31,175 bases of DNA from a virus (lineage: Duplodnaviria; Heunggongvirae; Uroviricota; Caudoviricetes). Position numbers and translations under genes: made by a program. Shown in pieces: positions 1-8,733 of this stretch. Each line of letters opens with the position of its first letter. Within the stretch, counting starts at the first letter, position 1. The stretch lies in IMG/VR virus record IMGVR_UViG_2565956711_000006, positions 1-31,175 of that record. The stretch is one strand, 5' to 3'. Under the pieces are notes generated by a model. It made no database searches and had not been told where the DNA came from. It was given only the letters and a program-made list of their open reading frames with translations.

Positions 1-648
1 ATGGAAACAATCATCACCGTTATCGCCGCTGTTGCTGGGATCGCTTTTTGGGTTGGGCTAATCAATCCCAAATGGGTTTTTATGCCAAATCGAAAGCGCT
101 CATCTGCTATATACTTCGGGGTGTGCCTCTTGGCAGCAATCATAGGTTCAATGGTTGCACCAGTCGCGCCGAAAGCTGTTGCTGAAAATAAACCCCAGCC
201 AGCAGTGACAAACACAGAACAAACACAACCCGCGGCTAAACCCAAAGAACAATTAACAACCACTATCGACTTTTCAGAAGCGACTAATCAACTTCCCCTT
301 GCCTTATCCAAGGCGCTCGGAGATCTGAATCTCACAGTTAAACCAGTCATTTACAACAAAGCCTTAGTAGTTGCATTCAATTTTGACAGCATAGAAGAAC
401 TACAGGCGAAAAGTGCCGTTCAGTCCGTATGCATCAGCTATTTCAATCACGGGGAATCTAACAGGGCTTGGAAGGCTGGTTTATTCGATCATATTTATGT
501 GACTAACGACATTTTAACCAAAGGCTACGTTTTTCAGGGCGGTGAATCTTCGTGTGATATCTGGGGCAAAAAGGCCGGGGATAGTGGCGATCAATATTTA
601 AGTGAAAACCTTACACGATCAAGGTTTGTAGCCATAAACATGAAATAA
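1..648 (+). CDS. hypothetical membrane-anchored protein (two N-terminal hydrophobic helices, Pro/Gln/Thr-rich linker, C-terminal globular domain)
   Basis: ORF from ATG at position 1 to TAA 646-648; hydrophobic segments IITVIAAVAGIAFWVGL and IYFGVCLLAAIIGSMVA; no family recognised; visibly more AT-rich than adjacent phage genes; 5' end may be cut by the window edge. Confidence 0.5.
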   Translation: METIITVIAAVAGIAFWVGLINPKWVFMPNRKRSSAIYFGVCLLAAIIGSMVAPVAPKAVAENKPQPAVTNTEQTQPAAKPKEQLTTTIDFSEATNQLPLALSKALGDLNLTVKPVIYNKALVVAFNFDSIEELQAKSAVQSVCISYFNHGESNRAWKAGLFDHIYVTNDILTKGYVFQGGESSCDIWGKKAGDSGDQYLSENLTRSRFVAINMK

Positions 649-651
649 ATA

Positions 652-678
652 AAGGCCCCATTTAGGGGCCGCTTTTAT
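652..678. terminator. bidirectional intrinsic terminator shared by the convergent ORF 1..648 and ogr
   Basis: GC stem GGCCCC (654-659) / GGGGCC (665-670) with 5-nt loop, followed by a T-run on the plus strand (gcttttat) and on the minus strand (tttatttattt). Confidence 0.6.
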
Positions 679-917
679 AATGCCAGCGATAACTGATCTT
701 CGCCGTGGTGACTTCTTGGAAAAGCTTCTTGTGGCACCATCGCGCCGGGCGCTGGCTGGGTCTGGTTTAGTGAACCGTCTATTTCCGTCATGCTGGTGAA
801 ACAGTACCCGCACAACATATTTTGACACTGGTGATAGCTGCGCCGCACAAGCAAACTCAGCTCAACACTGGTTCTGGTTTTTGCTATTGCACGGCAGCGA
901 GGACAGCGCATTGCCAT
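675..917 (-). CDS. ogr: late-gene transcriptional activator, Ogr/Delta zinc-finger family
   Basis: 80-aa product MAMRCPRCRAIAKTRTSV...YHQCQNMLCGYCF with C-X2-C-X22-C-X4-C spacing as in P2 Ogr (recalled); AGGAGG 7 nt upstream of ATG at 917; lies directly downstream of D as in P2. Confidence 0.8.
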   Translation of the reverse strand: MAMRCPRCRAIAKTRTSVELSLLVRRSYHQCQNMLCGYCFTSMTEIDGSLNQTQPAPGAMVPQEAFPRSHHGEDQLSLAL

Positions 918-965
918 ACGCGGGCCTCCTTTCAGGATTGGTTAATATCAACGCAAGTATAACGC

Positions 966-2084
966 TTAAGACGTTGAATCGTCACTCTCCGCTGTCCAGT
1001 CGTCGATTTTTACTTCCAGTTCCAGCGACGTGGTAAACCCTCCCCCGCCAATATCGTGAACGCACCGCGTTATCGTCCAGTTCCCACTGTCGATCGTGGA
1101 CTTAAAGCCGTAGACGCTGGCGGGCTGTTCCGGGTACAAATCTGCGCGGCCACGCGCCAGGGTGATACTGAACGTCGCCGCTCCACGCTGCAACTCCCGC
1201 CACTTAGCCGCAGCGGCACGCTTCGCCGCCTTTTCCGTCTTGAAGGTTTTACGGATAACAAAAACGTTACCTTCGGCCCCGGCCAGATAATCACCCTCTT
1301 TTTTGCTGGATGCAGGCTCTTTCTTTTTGGCCTGGCTGGTTCGTCGCCTGCGGGTGGTTTTCTTCACGGTAGTGGATGGTTTTTTGCCAAAGTTGAGATC
1401 AAGCCAGTATGCAGTTACGCCTGTGTACGCGTCGCGGTCAGCTACGTTAAACCGATGTTTATCACCGCTTGACCGGACGATCTCGATTACCGGCAGCGGC
1501 TTGCCACTCTGCGTCACTCCCTTGCCCGGCGTGATAAACAGAAGCATACCGTTTTTAATGGTTGCCACCGCGCCCAGCATTTCGGCCATGCGCGTTAAGA
1601 AGCTGATATCTGATTCACTCGTCTGATCAGCGTGGTCTATCTCAATCTTCGCCAGTTCTTCGCTGACGCCCGCACGCAGATCGTAGCGGCTGGCAATGCT
1701 GGCGACCACATCCCCCACGGTAATATCGTGCCAGCTATATTCCCTCTTCACGTTGAAGGTATCGCGGAAATCTGCGCTTCTGGCACTGATCGTTAGCTGG
1801 TCAGGCGGGCCAGCGTGTCCGATTTCGTCAACCGTATACACTCCCTTAAAAACCAATGGATCATTATCCCAGCCCAGCGCCACCGATATCTTTGCGCCGC
1901 GTGATGGTAATGCTACCTGCCCGTCAGCATCATCCAGAGTCAGATCCAGCGTGTCCGCTTCAAAGCCCCGGTTATCTGTCAGAGAAAGGGAGATCAGCCG
2001 GTTATCCAGCGCCGTAAGCTGCTTACCCTCAATCTCAATACTGAACGCCGGGCGCGGCGAATATCGGTTTTCTGTCGTGTCCAT
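966..2084 (-). CDS. D: tail protein gpD (late control gene D family)
   Basis: 372-aa ORF; N-terminus MDTTENRYSPRPAFSIEIEGKQLTALDNRL matches remembered P2 gpD/Mu N-type tail proteins; SD GAAGGAG upstream of ATG 2084; D-ogr order as in P2. Confidence 0.88.
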   Translation of the reverse strand: MDTTENRYSPRPAFSIEIEGKQLTALDNRLISLSLTDNRGFEADTLDLTLDDADGQVALPSRGAKISVALGWDNDPLVFKGVYTVDEIGHAGPPDQLTISARSADFRDTFNVKREYSWHDITVGDVVASIASRYDLRAGVSEELAKIEIDHADQTSESDISFLTRMAEMLGAVATIKNGMLLFITPGKGVTQSGKPLPVIEIVRSSGDKHRFNVADRDAYTGVTAYWLDLNFGKKPSTTVKKTTRRRRTSQAKKKEPASSKKEGDYLAGAEGNVFVIRKTFKTEKAAKRAAAAKWRELQRGAATFSITLARGRADLYPEQPASVYGFKSTIDSGNWTITRCVHDIGGGGFTTSLELEVKIDDWTAESDDSTS

Positions 2085-2151
2085 ATCAACTCCTTCATCA
2101 TGATGGGGTACATCGTCGCCACGCGCGCGCGCATGAACAACGCCCCGTCAT

Positions 2152-2169
2152 TGTTGCAGGTTGCTGACA
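2152..2169. promoter_or_regulatory. TGT-N12-ACA dyad, candidate Ogr-dependent late-promoter activator site, between divergent D and FI
   Basis: tgt tgcaggttgctg aca read directly; centre 2160.5; candidate -10 gatatt at 2207-2212 (FI side) and gatgta on the minus strand at 2109-2114 (D side), each 46.5 bp from the dyad centre. Confidence 0.55.
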
Positions 2170-2241
2170 ACCCTTATTCATCGCATCGGCCTGCCATTGC
2201 CGCAATGATATTCGCAGTCATTAAACTGGCGAGGCAAATAC

Positions 2242-3435
2242 ATGGCCACTAACTACCATCACGGTGTAACCGTCACGGAAACCACCGACCTTAGCACGAT
2301 GATCACCGACATTGATTCGGCGGTGATCGGCGTTGTCTGCACCGCTGATGATGCGGACGAAACAGCGTTCCCGCTGGATACCCCTGTACTGATCACCCGC
2401 GTGGCTAACATGCTGGGCAAGGCAGGTAAAACCGGCACCCTGTTTACCACCCTGAAAGCGATTTCAGACCAGACCAGCCCGCAAACCATTGTGATCCGCG
2501 TTGCTGATGCTGCAAATATCGAACCGCCAGAAGGCGGCACCGCACAGACACAGGATCAACTGGTTATTGGCGGCACCGATGCAAACGGACGCTTTACCGG
2601 CATGTACGCGCTGCTGTCTGCCGAAATGCGCGTAGGCGTGCGCCCGCGTGTGCTGGCTGTTCCCGGTCTTGATACGGAAGCGGTGGCCGCACAACTCGGC
2701 GTCATTGCCGAAAAGCTGCGCGCGTTTGCTTACGTGGCAGCGAACGGCTGCAACAGCATCGCCGAAGTGAAGGAATACCGCGAACAGTTCTCCCAGCGTG
2801 AAATGATGGTTATCTGGCCTAATTTCATCTGCTACGACACCAACGCCGGAGCGAATGCCACCGTGCCCGTGGGTGCCCATGCGGTTGGGATGCGCGCCAA
2901 AATCGACGCAACGCAGGGCTGGCATAAAACCATTTCCAACGTGCCCGTTAATAACGTGCTGGGGATGGATCGGGATATCTATTTCACGTTGCAGGGCACC
3001 GATACCGACGCCGACGAACTGAACGCAGCAGGCGTTACCACGCTGATCAAGCAGGACGGCTACCGCATCTGGGGATCGCGTACCTGCGACGCGGAAACGT
3101 ATATCTTCGAAAGCTATACCCGAACCGCGCAGATCGTTGCGGATACCGTCGCCGAAGCACATTTCGCCTATGTTGATAAACCGCTTACCCCGTCGCTGGT
3201 AAAGGACATTGTGGACGGTATCAATAAGAAGCTGACCTCATATGTGACGGCTGGCAAGCTGCTGGGCGCCCGCTGCTGGTATGACCCGGAACCGAATACC
3301 TCGGAAACCCTGCGCAATGGTCAACTGACCATTAAGTACAACTACACCCCTGTTCCACCGCTGGAAAATCTCAGCCTGGTACAGGAGTTCACCGACGAAT
3401 ATTTCGCTACGTTTTCCAGCGCAGTGAATAACTAA
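2242..3435 (+). CDS. FI: contractile tail sheath protein gpFI
   Basis: 397-aa ORF; MATNYHHGVTVTETTDLSTMI... resembles P2 FI; followed by tube and E/E' genes. Confidence 0.92.
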   Translation: MATNYHHGVTVTETTDLSTMITDIDSAVIGVVCTADDADETAFPLDTPVLITRVANMLGKAGKTGTLFTTLKAISDQTSPQTIVIRVADAANIEPPEGGTAQTQDQLVIGGTDANGRFTGMYALLSAEMRVGVRPRVLAVPGLDTEAVAAQLGVIAEKLRAFAYVAANGCNSIAEVKEYREQFSQREMMVIWPNFICYDTNAGANATVPVGAHAVGMRAKIDATQGWHKTISNVPVNNVLGMDRDIYFTLQGTDTDADELNAAGVTTLIKQDGYRIWGSRTCDAETYIFESYTRTAQIVADTVAEAHFAYVDKPLTPSLVKDIVDGINKKLTSYVTAGKLLGARCWYDPEPNTSETLRNGQLTIKYNYTPVPPLENLSLVQEFTDEYFATFSSAVNN

Positions 3436-3447
3436 CCGGGGGCGCTT

Positions 3448-3963
3448 ATGGCACTGCCTAAGAAACTCAAATATTTCAATATGTTCTTTGACGGGGATAA
3501 CTACTTCGGCATGGTGCCGGAAATCACCCCCGCCAAACTCACCAAAAAAACCGAAGACTACCAGGCGGGCGGTATGCCGGGTTCGGTTGCGGTGGATCTG
3601 GGCTTCGACGCTGGCGCCCTGGATATGGATATCACGCTGGGCGGCATGGATGCAGGGCTAATGAAAAAATGGGGCGTTACCACTGCGGACGGAATGCAGG
3701 TGCGCTTTGCTGGCTCTTACCAGGACGATGCGACCGGCGACGCCGTACCGTGCGAAATCCAGACGCGTGGCCGCTTCACTGAACTGGATCCCGGTTCGGC
3801 AAAGGTTGGGGATGATACTTCGCATAAGTACACCCTGAAAAACACCTATTACAAGCTGACCATCAATAGCGAAGAAATTATCGAAATTGATGTGCTCAAC
3901 ATGATCTACAAAGTTGCCGGTGTGGATGTGCTGGAAAAACACCGCGCTAACATCGGCTTATAA
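3448..3963 (+). CDS. FII: tail tube protein gpFII
   Basis: 171-aa ORF MALPKKLKYFNMFFDGDNYFGMVPEITPA..., P2 FII-like size and position. Confidence 0.9.
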   Translation: MALPKKLKYFNMFFDGDNYFGMVPEITPAKLTKKTEDYQAGGMPGSVAVDLGFDAGALDMDITLGGMDAGLMKKWGVTTADGMQVRFAGSYQDDATGDAVPCEIQTRGRFTELDPGSAKVGDDTSHKYTLKNTYYKLTINSEEIIEIDVLNMIYKVAGVDVLEKHRANIGL

Positions 3964-3977
3964 GGAAACCCGGCACC

Positions 3978-4313
3978 ATGAGCAAGACCAAAGAAAACAC
4001 CGTTATTCTTACCGCCCCTATTACGCGCGGTAAGACCAAAATCACCGAAGTGGCGATCACTTCCGTGCTTAAACAGGCTGGATCACTGCGCGGCTTAAAA
4101 GCCTATGACGTGCTGACGTCCAACTATGACGCGCTGGTTATTCTGCTGCCCCGCGTTACCGCTCCGGCACTAACCGCCGATGAGATTGCCCGAATGGATA
4201 CCTGGGATTTTTGCCAGTTAGCCAACGCGGTGGTTGATTTTTTGCAACCCTCTTCGGATCTGACCGCGACGGATACGGGCAACGAATCATCCGATGCCCC
4301 TGCGAACGCATAG
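3978..4313 (+). CDS. E: tail assembly chaperone gpE (zero-frame product)
   Basis: 111-aa ORF between tube and tape-measure genes; contains slippery TTTTTTG at 4238-4244. Confidence 0.8.
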   Translation: MSKTKENTVILTAPITRGKTKITEVAITSVLKQAGSLRGLKAYDVLTSNYDALVILLPRVTAPALTADEIARMDTWDFCQLANAVVDFLQPSSDLTATDTGNESSDAPANA

Positions 4314-4438
4314 AAGACCTGATGGCAGATATCGCCGTCATATTCCACTGGCGGCCGGTAGAGATGGACGCCATGACGGTACAGGAAATACTGTTATGGC
4401 GTGATCAGGCGGCTGCGCGCAGTGGTGGAGATCACTAA
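3978..4438 (+). CDS. E': tail assembly chaperone gpE+E', predicted programmed -1 frameshift product
   Basis: After T6G (4238-4244) the -1 frame stays open to TAA 4436-4438, encoding ...EDLMADIAVIFHWRPVEMDAMTVQEILLWRDQAAARSGGDH, and ends 1 nt before the tape-measure ATG (4439); canonical chaperone frameshift arrangement. Confidence 0.7.
4238..4244 (+). other. slippery heptamer T TTT TTG for -1 ribosomal frameshift
   Basis: ttttttg read in E frame as ..D-F-L..; the -1 frame is open downstream. Confidence 0.7.
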
Positions 4439-7372
4439 ATGGCAGACCGCAATTTAAATATCAGGGTGGCATTCAGCGCCCTGAATAATATGTCCCGCCC
4501 TGTCAACGCGGCGCGCCAGAGTGCCGCCGCGTTGGCGTCTCAAATCAATCAGACCAAAACCAGCATCAAAGGGCTTGAGCGTCAGGCAACCAGCTTCGAC
4601 CGCCTCACCGCAGCCAATAAAAAAACCACCGAACAACTGGCCCAGGCGAAAGAACAGGCCCGGCAAATGGCGGCGGCTTATGGCCCGTTACGCCAGCGCA
4701 GCGCCGAACAGGTTGCCGCCCTCAATCAGCAACGTGCAGCCATTCGCCAGTTAACCCAGCAGCAGAAAGGTGAGCAGACGCAGCTTAATCAGTTGCGCGC
4801 CAGCTTCTACAGCGAAGGCATTGCGATCCGCAGCGCCAGCCGGGCGACGGAACAGATCAACCAGCGCACTGCGCAATACAATCGCCAGCTTGCCGAACAG
4901 CAGCGACGGCTTGACGCTGTAAACCAGGCGCAGGCCCGTTACAGCCGCGCCAAAGAAACCGGCGAAAAGATGATGAGCGGGGGAATGAAAACCGCCGCAG
5001 TGGGTGCGGCAACCCTCGCACCTGTCGCCGCTGCGGTGAAATCCTACAGCAGTCTTGAAGACGCGATGAAGGGCGTAGCCAAACAGGTAAACGGCTTGCG
5101 TGACGACAGCGGCAACCGCACCCCGCAATATGAAGAAATGCAGCGGGCGATCATGGATGCCAGCGAAAAGCTGCCAATGGCAAACGGTGCTGTTGACTAT
5201 GCCGCCCTGGTCGAAGGCGGCGCACGTATGGGCGTCGCAAACAGCGATGATCCGTGGGAAAAACAAAAAGCCGATCTGCTGTCTTTCGCCAGCATGGCGG
5301 CAAAGGCTTCTGTTGCCTTCGAACTTCCCGCCGACCAGCTTTCTGAAAGTCTCGGTAAGATTGCCGGGCTGTATAAAATCCCAACCCAAAACATTGAACA
5401 GTTAGGCGACGCCATAAACTACCTGGACGATAACGCGAAGTCGAAAGGCTCCGATATTATCGACGTGCTCCAGCGCGTTGGCGGACTTGCCAGCCAACTG
5501 GATTACAAGCAAGCCGCCGCGCTGGGTTCCACCTTTCTGACGCTTGGATCACCTGCCGAAGTTGCCGCCAGCGCAACCAATGCAATGGTGCGCGAACTAT
5601 CGATCGCCACAGTACAAAGCGATAAATTTTTTGGTGCGCTGGATGAAATCGGCGTCAATGCTGAAAAAGTCCAGAAAAGCATGTCAGTGGACGCGATGGG
5701 CACAATCATTTCAGTGCTGGAAGCGTCCAAAAAACTTGCACCAGATAAGCAGGTAGCCAACCTTACTCAAATTTTCGGTAAAGAGTTCGGCGATGATGCG
5801 CAGAAACTTGCGAACAACCTGCCCGAACTACGCCGCCAAATAGAACTGACGCAGGGCGCAGCCGCCAAAGGTTCTATGAATCGGGAATCTGATATCAATA
5901 AAGATTCCCTTTCAGCTCAGTGGCAACTGACCAAAACCGGCGCGGTTAACGCATTGAGTTCAGCAGGGGAAACGCTCCGCGAACCGCTGATGGATATCAT
6001 GCTTACCGTCAGTAAGGTAGTTGGCAGCGTCCGCCGCTGGGTTGAGGCAAATCCGGCTCTGGTTGGCTCAATCATGAAAGTCACCGCAGCCATAGGCGCG
6101 TTGCTGGTTGTCGTGGGTGGCCTGATGCTGACCATCGGCGCAGTGCTCGGCCAGATGGCACTTGTTCGCCTCAGCTTCACCACGTTGGCCGGTGAAGGAG
6201 GAATAGCGCGGCTGACTGGTGGAGTAATGCGCCTGGGTGGTGCATTCCAGTGGCTTGCTGGCTCGCCTATGCAGGCATTGTTAAGCGCCGGTCGCATGGT
6301 ATTCTGCCCGCTTATCACGCTACTGGCTGGCATTTCTGCACCCGTCTGGGGGCTGATTGCTCTCTTTGCTGCGGCAGCAGTGGCCGTCATTAAATTCTGG
6401 GAACCAATACAGGCATTTTTCACTGGTTTCTTTAACGGCATCATGACGGGCTTACAACCTGTATTTGATGCTTTCAACGCTGTTTTCGCTCCATTAGCCC
6501 CAATCTTTGACGCGATAGGCTCCGCTATTAGCGGCGTTTGGGATTGGTTTACAAAATTGCTTGAACCGATCAAATTTTCCAGCGATGCGCTAGAAACTTG
6601 CACTACTGTTGGCGAAACATTTGGGAGGGTTCTGGGTACTGCAATAAGCGGTTTGCTTTGGCCGCTACAAAAACTGATGGAGGGTGTCGGCTGGGTACTG
6701 GAGAAACTTGATCTAATTCCTGCTGGACTTGATGCAGCAAACGCCAAAGCAGAAAGCCTTAAAAAAGATCCCGTTGTCTGGGAGTGGGATCCGCAGCAAA
6801 AGAAAATGGTTAAAAAGGATTGGCACTGGTCGCCGGATAAACCAAACCAACCTAAACCGCCAAAACCACCAATAACTCCGAAGCCAGTTGGCATCCCAGA
6901 CCTTATGGGAGCGCCAAACTTAACGCCGAAGATGAGCAAGAGTCTGGATAAAATCGCAGACAACACGGGAAAAATGGCGGCAAAAGACGGCCCCGGCGAA
7001 ATCGTCTTCAAGAATAAGCAGCCCTATATCCCGATCCGGGGCGGATATTCGGAACCGCTTAAGCAGGCGCAGCGCCAGCTACCATCCCTTACCGATTGGG
7101 TGACGCAGCAGACCGGATCGCTGATCGCTTCCGTTACACCGTGGCAGGTTGAGAAGCCCGCCGCACGGGTTCCCGTTTCGGCGTCGCCCTCTGCGGCTTC
7201 CGTCGCTGCGCTAATGCCTGCGCCGGGTGGCGATGTATATAACCTTAACTTCGACTTTAGCGGCCAGAAACTGGATGAAGAAACCATTATCAGGCGCGTG
7301 CGCGAAGAACTTGCGTTAGCGAAGCAGCAAGCCGACCGGCGCAAGCGTTCCCAACTGACCGATCACGTCTAA
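4439..7372 (+). CDS. T: tail tape measure protein gpT
   Basis: 977-aa ORF, coiled-coil-rich N-terminus, hydrophobic central region, Pro-rich segment; position after E/E'. Confidence 0.9.
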   Translation: MADRNLNIRVAFSALNNMSRPVNAARQSAAALASQINQTKTSIKGLERQATSFDRLTAANKKTTEQLAQAKEQARQMAAAYGPLRQRSAEQVAALNQQRAAIRQLTQQQKGEQTQLNQLRASFYSEGIAIRSASRATEQINQRTAQYNRQLAEQQRRLDAVNQAQARYSRAKETGEKMMSGGMKTAAVGAATLAPVAAAVKSYSSLEDAMKGVAKQVNGLRDDSGNRTPQYEEMQRAIMDASEKLPMANGAVDYAALVEGGARMGVANSDDPWEKQKADLLSFASMAAKASVAFELPADQLSESLGKIAGLYKIPTQNIEQLGDAINYLDDNAKSKGSDIIDVLQRVGGLASQLDYKQAAALGSTFLTLGSPAEVAASATNAMVRELSIATVQSDKFFGALDEIGVNAEKVQKSMSVDAMGTIISVLEASKKLAPDKQVANLTQIFGKEFGDDAQKLANNLPELRRQIELTQGAAAKGSMNRESDINKDSLSAQWQLTKTGAVNALSSAGETLREPLMDIMLTVSKVVGSVRRWVEANPALVGSIMKVTAAIGALLVVVGGLMLTIGAVLGQMALVRLSFTTLAGEGGIARLTGGVMRLGGAFQWLAGSPMQALLSAGRMVFCPLITLLAGISAPVWGLIALFAAAAVAVIKFWEPIQAFFTGFFNGIMTGLQPVFDAFNAVFAPLAPIFDAIGSAISGVWDWFTKLLEPIKFSSDALETCTTVGETFGRVLGTAISGLLWPLQKLMEGVGWVLEKLDLIPAGLDAANAKAESLKKDPVVWEWDPQQKKMVKKDWHWSPDKPNQPKPPKPPITPKPVGIPDLMGAPNLTPKMSKSLDKIADNTGKMAAKDGPGEIVFKNKQPYIPIRGGYSEPLKQAQRQLPSLTDWVTQQTGSLIASVTPWQVEKPAARVPVSASPSAASVAALMPAPGGDVYNLNFDFSGQKLDEETIIRRVREELALAKQQADRRKRSQLTDHV

Positions 7373-7382
7373 GGGCAATATC

Positions 7383-7832
7383 ATGATGATGATTCTGGGG
7401 ATGTTCCCCTTTTCACTGCAAACCACGCCTTACCAGAGTGCGAATAAAACCAACTCATGGCGGCACGTCAAAAACGATCGCGTGGGGAAATCCCCGCGCT
7501 ATCAGTTCATCGGCGCTGATGAAGAACCGTTCGTACTCAGCGGCACGCTGTACCCCGAAATAAGCGGCGGTGATGTGTCGCTTGTCATGCTGGAAACTAT
7601 GGCTTTTTCCGGGCGCCCGTGGCCCCTGATTGAAGGCACGGGCAGGATCTACGGCATGTATGTAATTGAGCAGATTACGCAAAACCGGACGGAATTTTTT
7701 AAGGACGGGAAGGCAAAGAAAATTGATTTTACGCTCAACCTGAAACGGGTAAGCGAGGACATACGGGAAAAGCTGGCGGAAATCACCAATGATGATGTGC
7801 TGTCTATGGTGAAAGCGGGGGTGAATTTCTAA
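7383..7832 (+). CDS. U: tail protein gpU
   Basis: 149-aa ORF MMMILGMFPFSLQTTPYQSANKTNSWRHV... immediately after T. Confidence 0.85.
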   Translation: MMMILGMFPFSLQTTPYQSANKTNSWRHVKNDRVGKSPRYQFIGADEEPFVLSGTLYPEISGGDVSLVMLETMAFSGRPWPLIEGTGRIYGMYVIEQITQNRTEFFKDGKAKKIDFTLNLKRVSEDIREKLAEITNDDVLSMVKAGVNF

Positions 7833-7943
7833 CTTTATTTTTTATGGCCAATACGTTCATTGTTGGCAGTGTGGTACCGAAATCTTCGGGCACCGTCACT
7901 TTTAACCGTGCTACAGCACGGTCATTTATGGCGGTGCTGTAGC

Positions 7944-7969
7944 TTCTATCAAAGGTTGGTTTGGGAGAA
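7944..7969. repeat. hix/gix-like 26-bp crossover site (left end of invertible tail-fibre segment)
   Basis: ttctatcaaagg tt ggtttgggagaa; inner 14 bp (7956-7969) is the exact reverse complement of 9791-9804. Confidence 0.7.
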
Positions 7970-8290
7970 GCGGCAAAACGGAATGTGGGAACAGGGGAAA
8001 ATCAGATACCTGATATGTCATCATATGCATCAGGTTCAGGCTGGCGAAAAATGCCAGATGGTTCAATTGAACAGTGGGGACGAATTAGTTTTCCTGGTGA
8101 ACACGGGCCTGTATCCGCCAATGTTTCATTCCCGATTCCATTTACACAGACACCGGGCATTGTAATTGTGTGCGATGGTGGTTTCGGGGGCGGGAATATG
8201 TGGGGGGCGACCAACTGGAGCACTACCGGCTTCATAGCTCACTGCAATTATGGTCTTGAAGGTGGTGCGTTTTTCGCTAAGGGCTGGTAA
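7958..8290 (+). CDS. alternative tail-fibre C-terminal exon (Hv'), silent in this orientation, no start codon of its own
   Basis: Frame open from the crossover site: [16 protein letters not shown]...[20 protein letters not shown]; shares LGLGE junction with H; stop TAA 8288-8290 overlaps the G' ATG. Confidence 0.7.
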   Translation, partial: GLGEAAKRNVGTGENQIPDMSSYASGSGWRKMPDGSIEQWGRISFPGEHGPVSANVSFPIPFTQTPGIVIVCDGGFGGGNMWGATNWSTTGFIAHCNYGLEGGAFFAKGW

Positions 8291-8733
8291 TGATGAAATA
8301 TCTGTACGTAAACAACCTGGCATATCCTTACGAACTTCAGTCTCTTTATGTTGAAAAAGGTGAATGGCCTGAAGAAAAAGGTGTTGATATAGACGAAGTA
8401 ATTTTCAGGGAATATTTCTATGACACACCACCAGAAGGAAAATACAGATGTGTTGGAGAAGATGGACTGCCTGCATGGGCAGATATTCCTCCACCAACAC
8501 GTGAAGAACAAATTGCATCAGCCGAAACTAAAAAGCAGCAATTGATTAACCAGGCCAACGAATACATCAACAGTAAACAATGGCCAGGTAAAGCATCAAT
8601 TGGTCGTCTGAAAGGTGAGGAACTGGCGCAATATAATTTGTGGCTGGATTATCTGGACGCACTGGAGCTGGTCGATACTTCCAGTGCGCCAGATATTGAA
8701 TGGCCTACGCCTCCGGCAGTTCAGGCCAGATGA
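8290..8733 (+). CDS. alternative tail-fibre assembly chaperone (G'/Tfa')
   Basis: 147 aa; C-terminal LDALELVDTSSAPDIEWP parallels IDAVTATDTSTAPDVIWP of the minus-strand G; converges with and overlaps the 3' end of G. Confidence 0.8.
   Translation: MMKYLYVNNLAYPYELQSLYVEKGEWPEEKGVDIDEVIFREYFYDTPPEGKYRCVGEDGLPAWADIPPPTREEQIASAETKKQQLINQANEYINSKQWPGKASIGRLKGEELAQYNLWLDYLDALELVDTSSAPDIEWPTPPAVQAR

Noticed and set aside
2085-2241. Possible third invertase crossover site in the D-FI gap, which would explain the FI-U inversion
   Set aside because: The partial resemblance (aggttgctgacaa versus a hix-type half-site) comes from the TGT-N12-ACA dyad itself; the 14-bp repeat ttctcccaaaccaa is not present here.
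2464-3162. 232-aa minus-strand ORF inside the tail sheath gene; similar long antisense ORFs at 4751..5389, 5917..7011, 9717..10217, 16775..17476, 24849..25499 and 27784..28257
   Set aside because: Each lies antisense within a gene that has a recognisable product, SD and operon context; translations are low-complexity. Treated as frame artefacts of GC-rich coding DNA.
7860-8165. 101-aa plus-strand ORF upstream of and overlapping the alternative fibre exon
   Set aside because: Wrong frame relative to the crossover-site junction; the frame that continues H in-register after inversion is the one starting at 7958.
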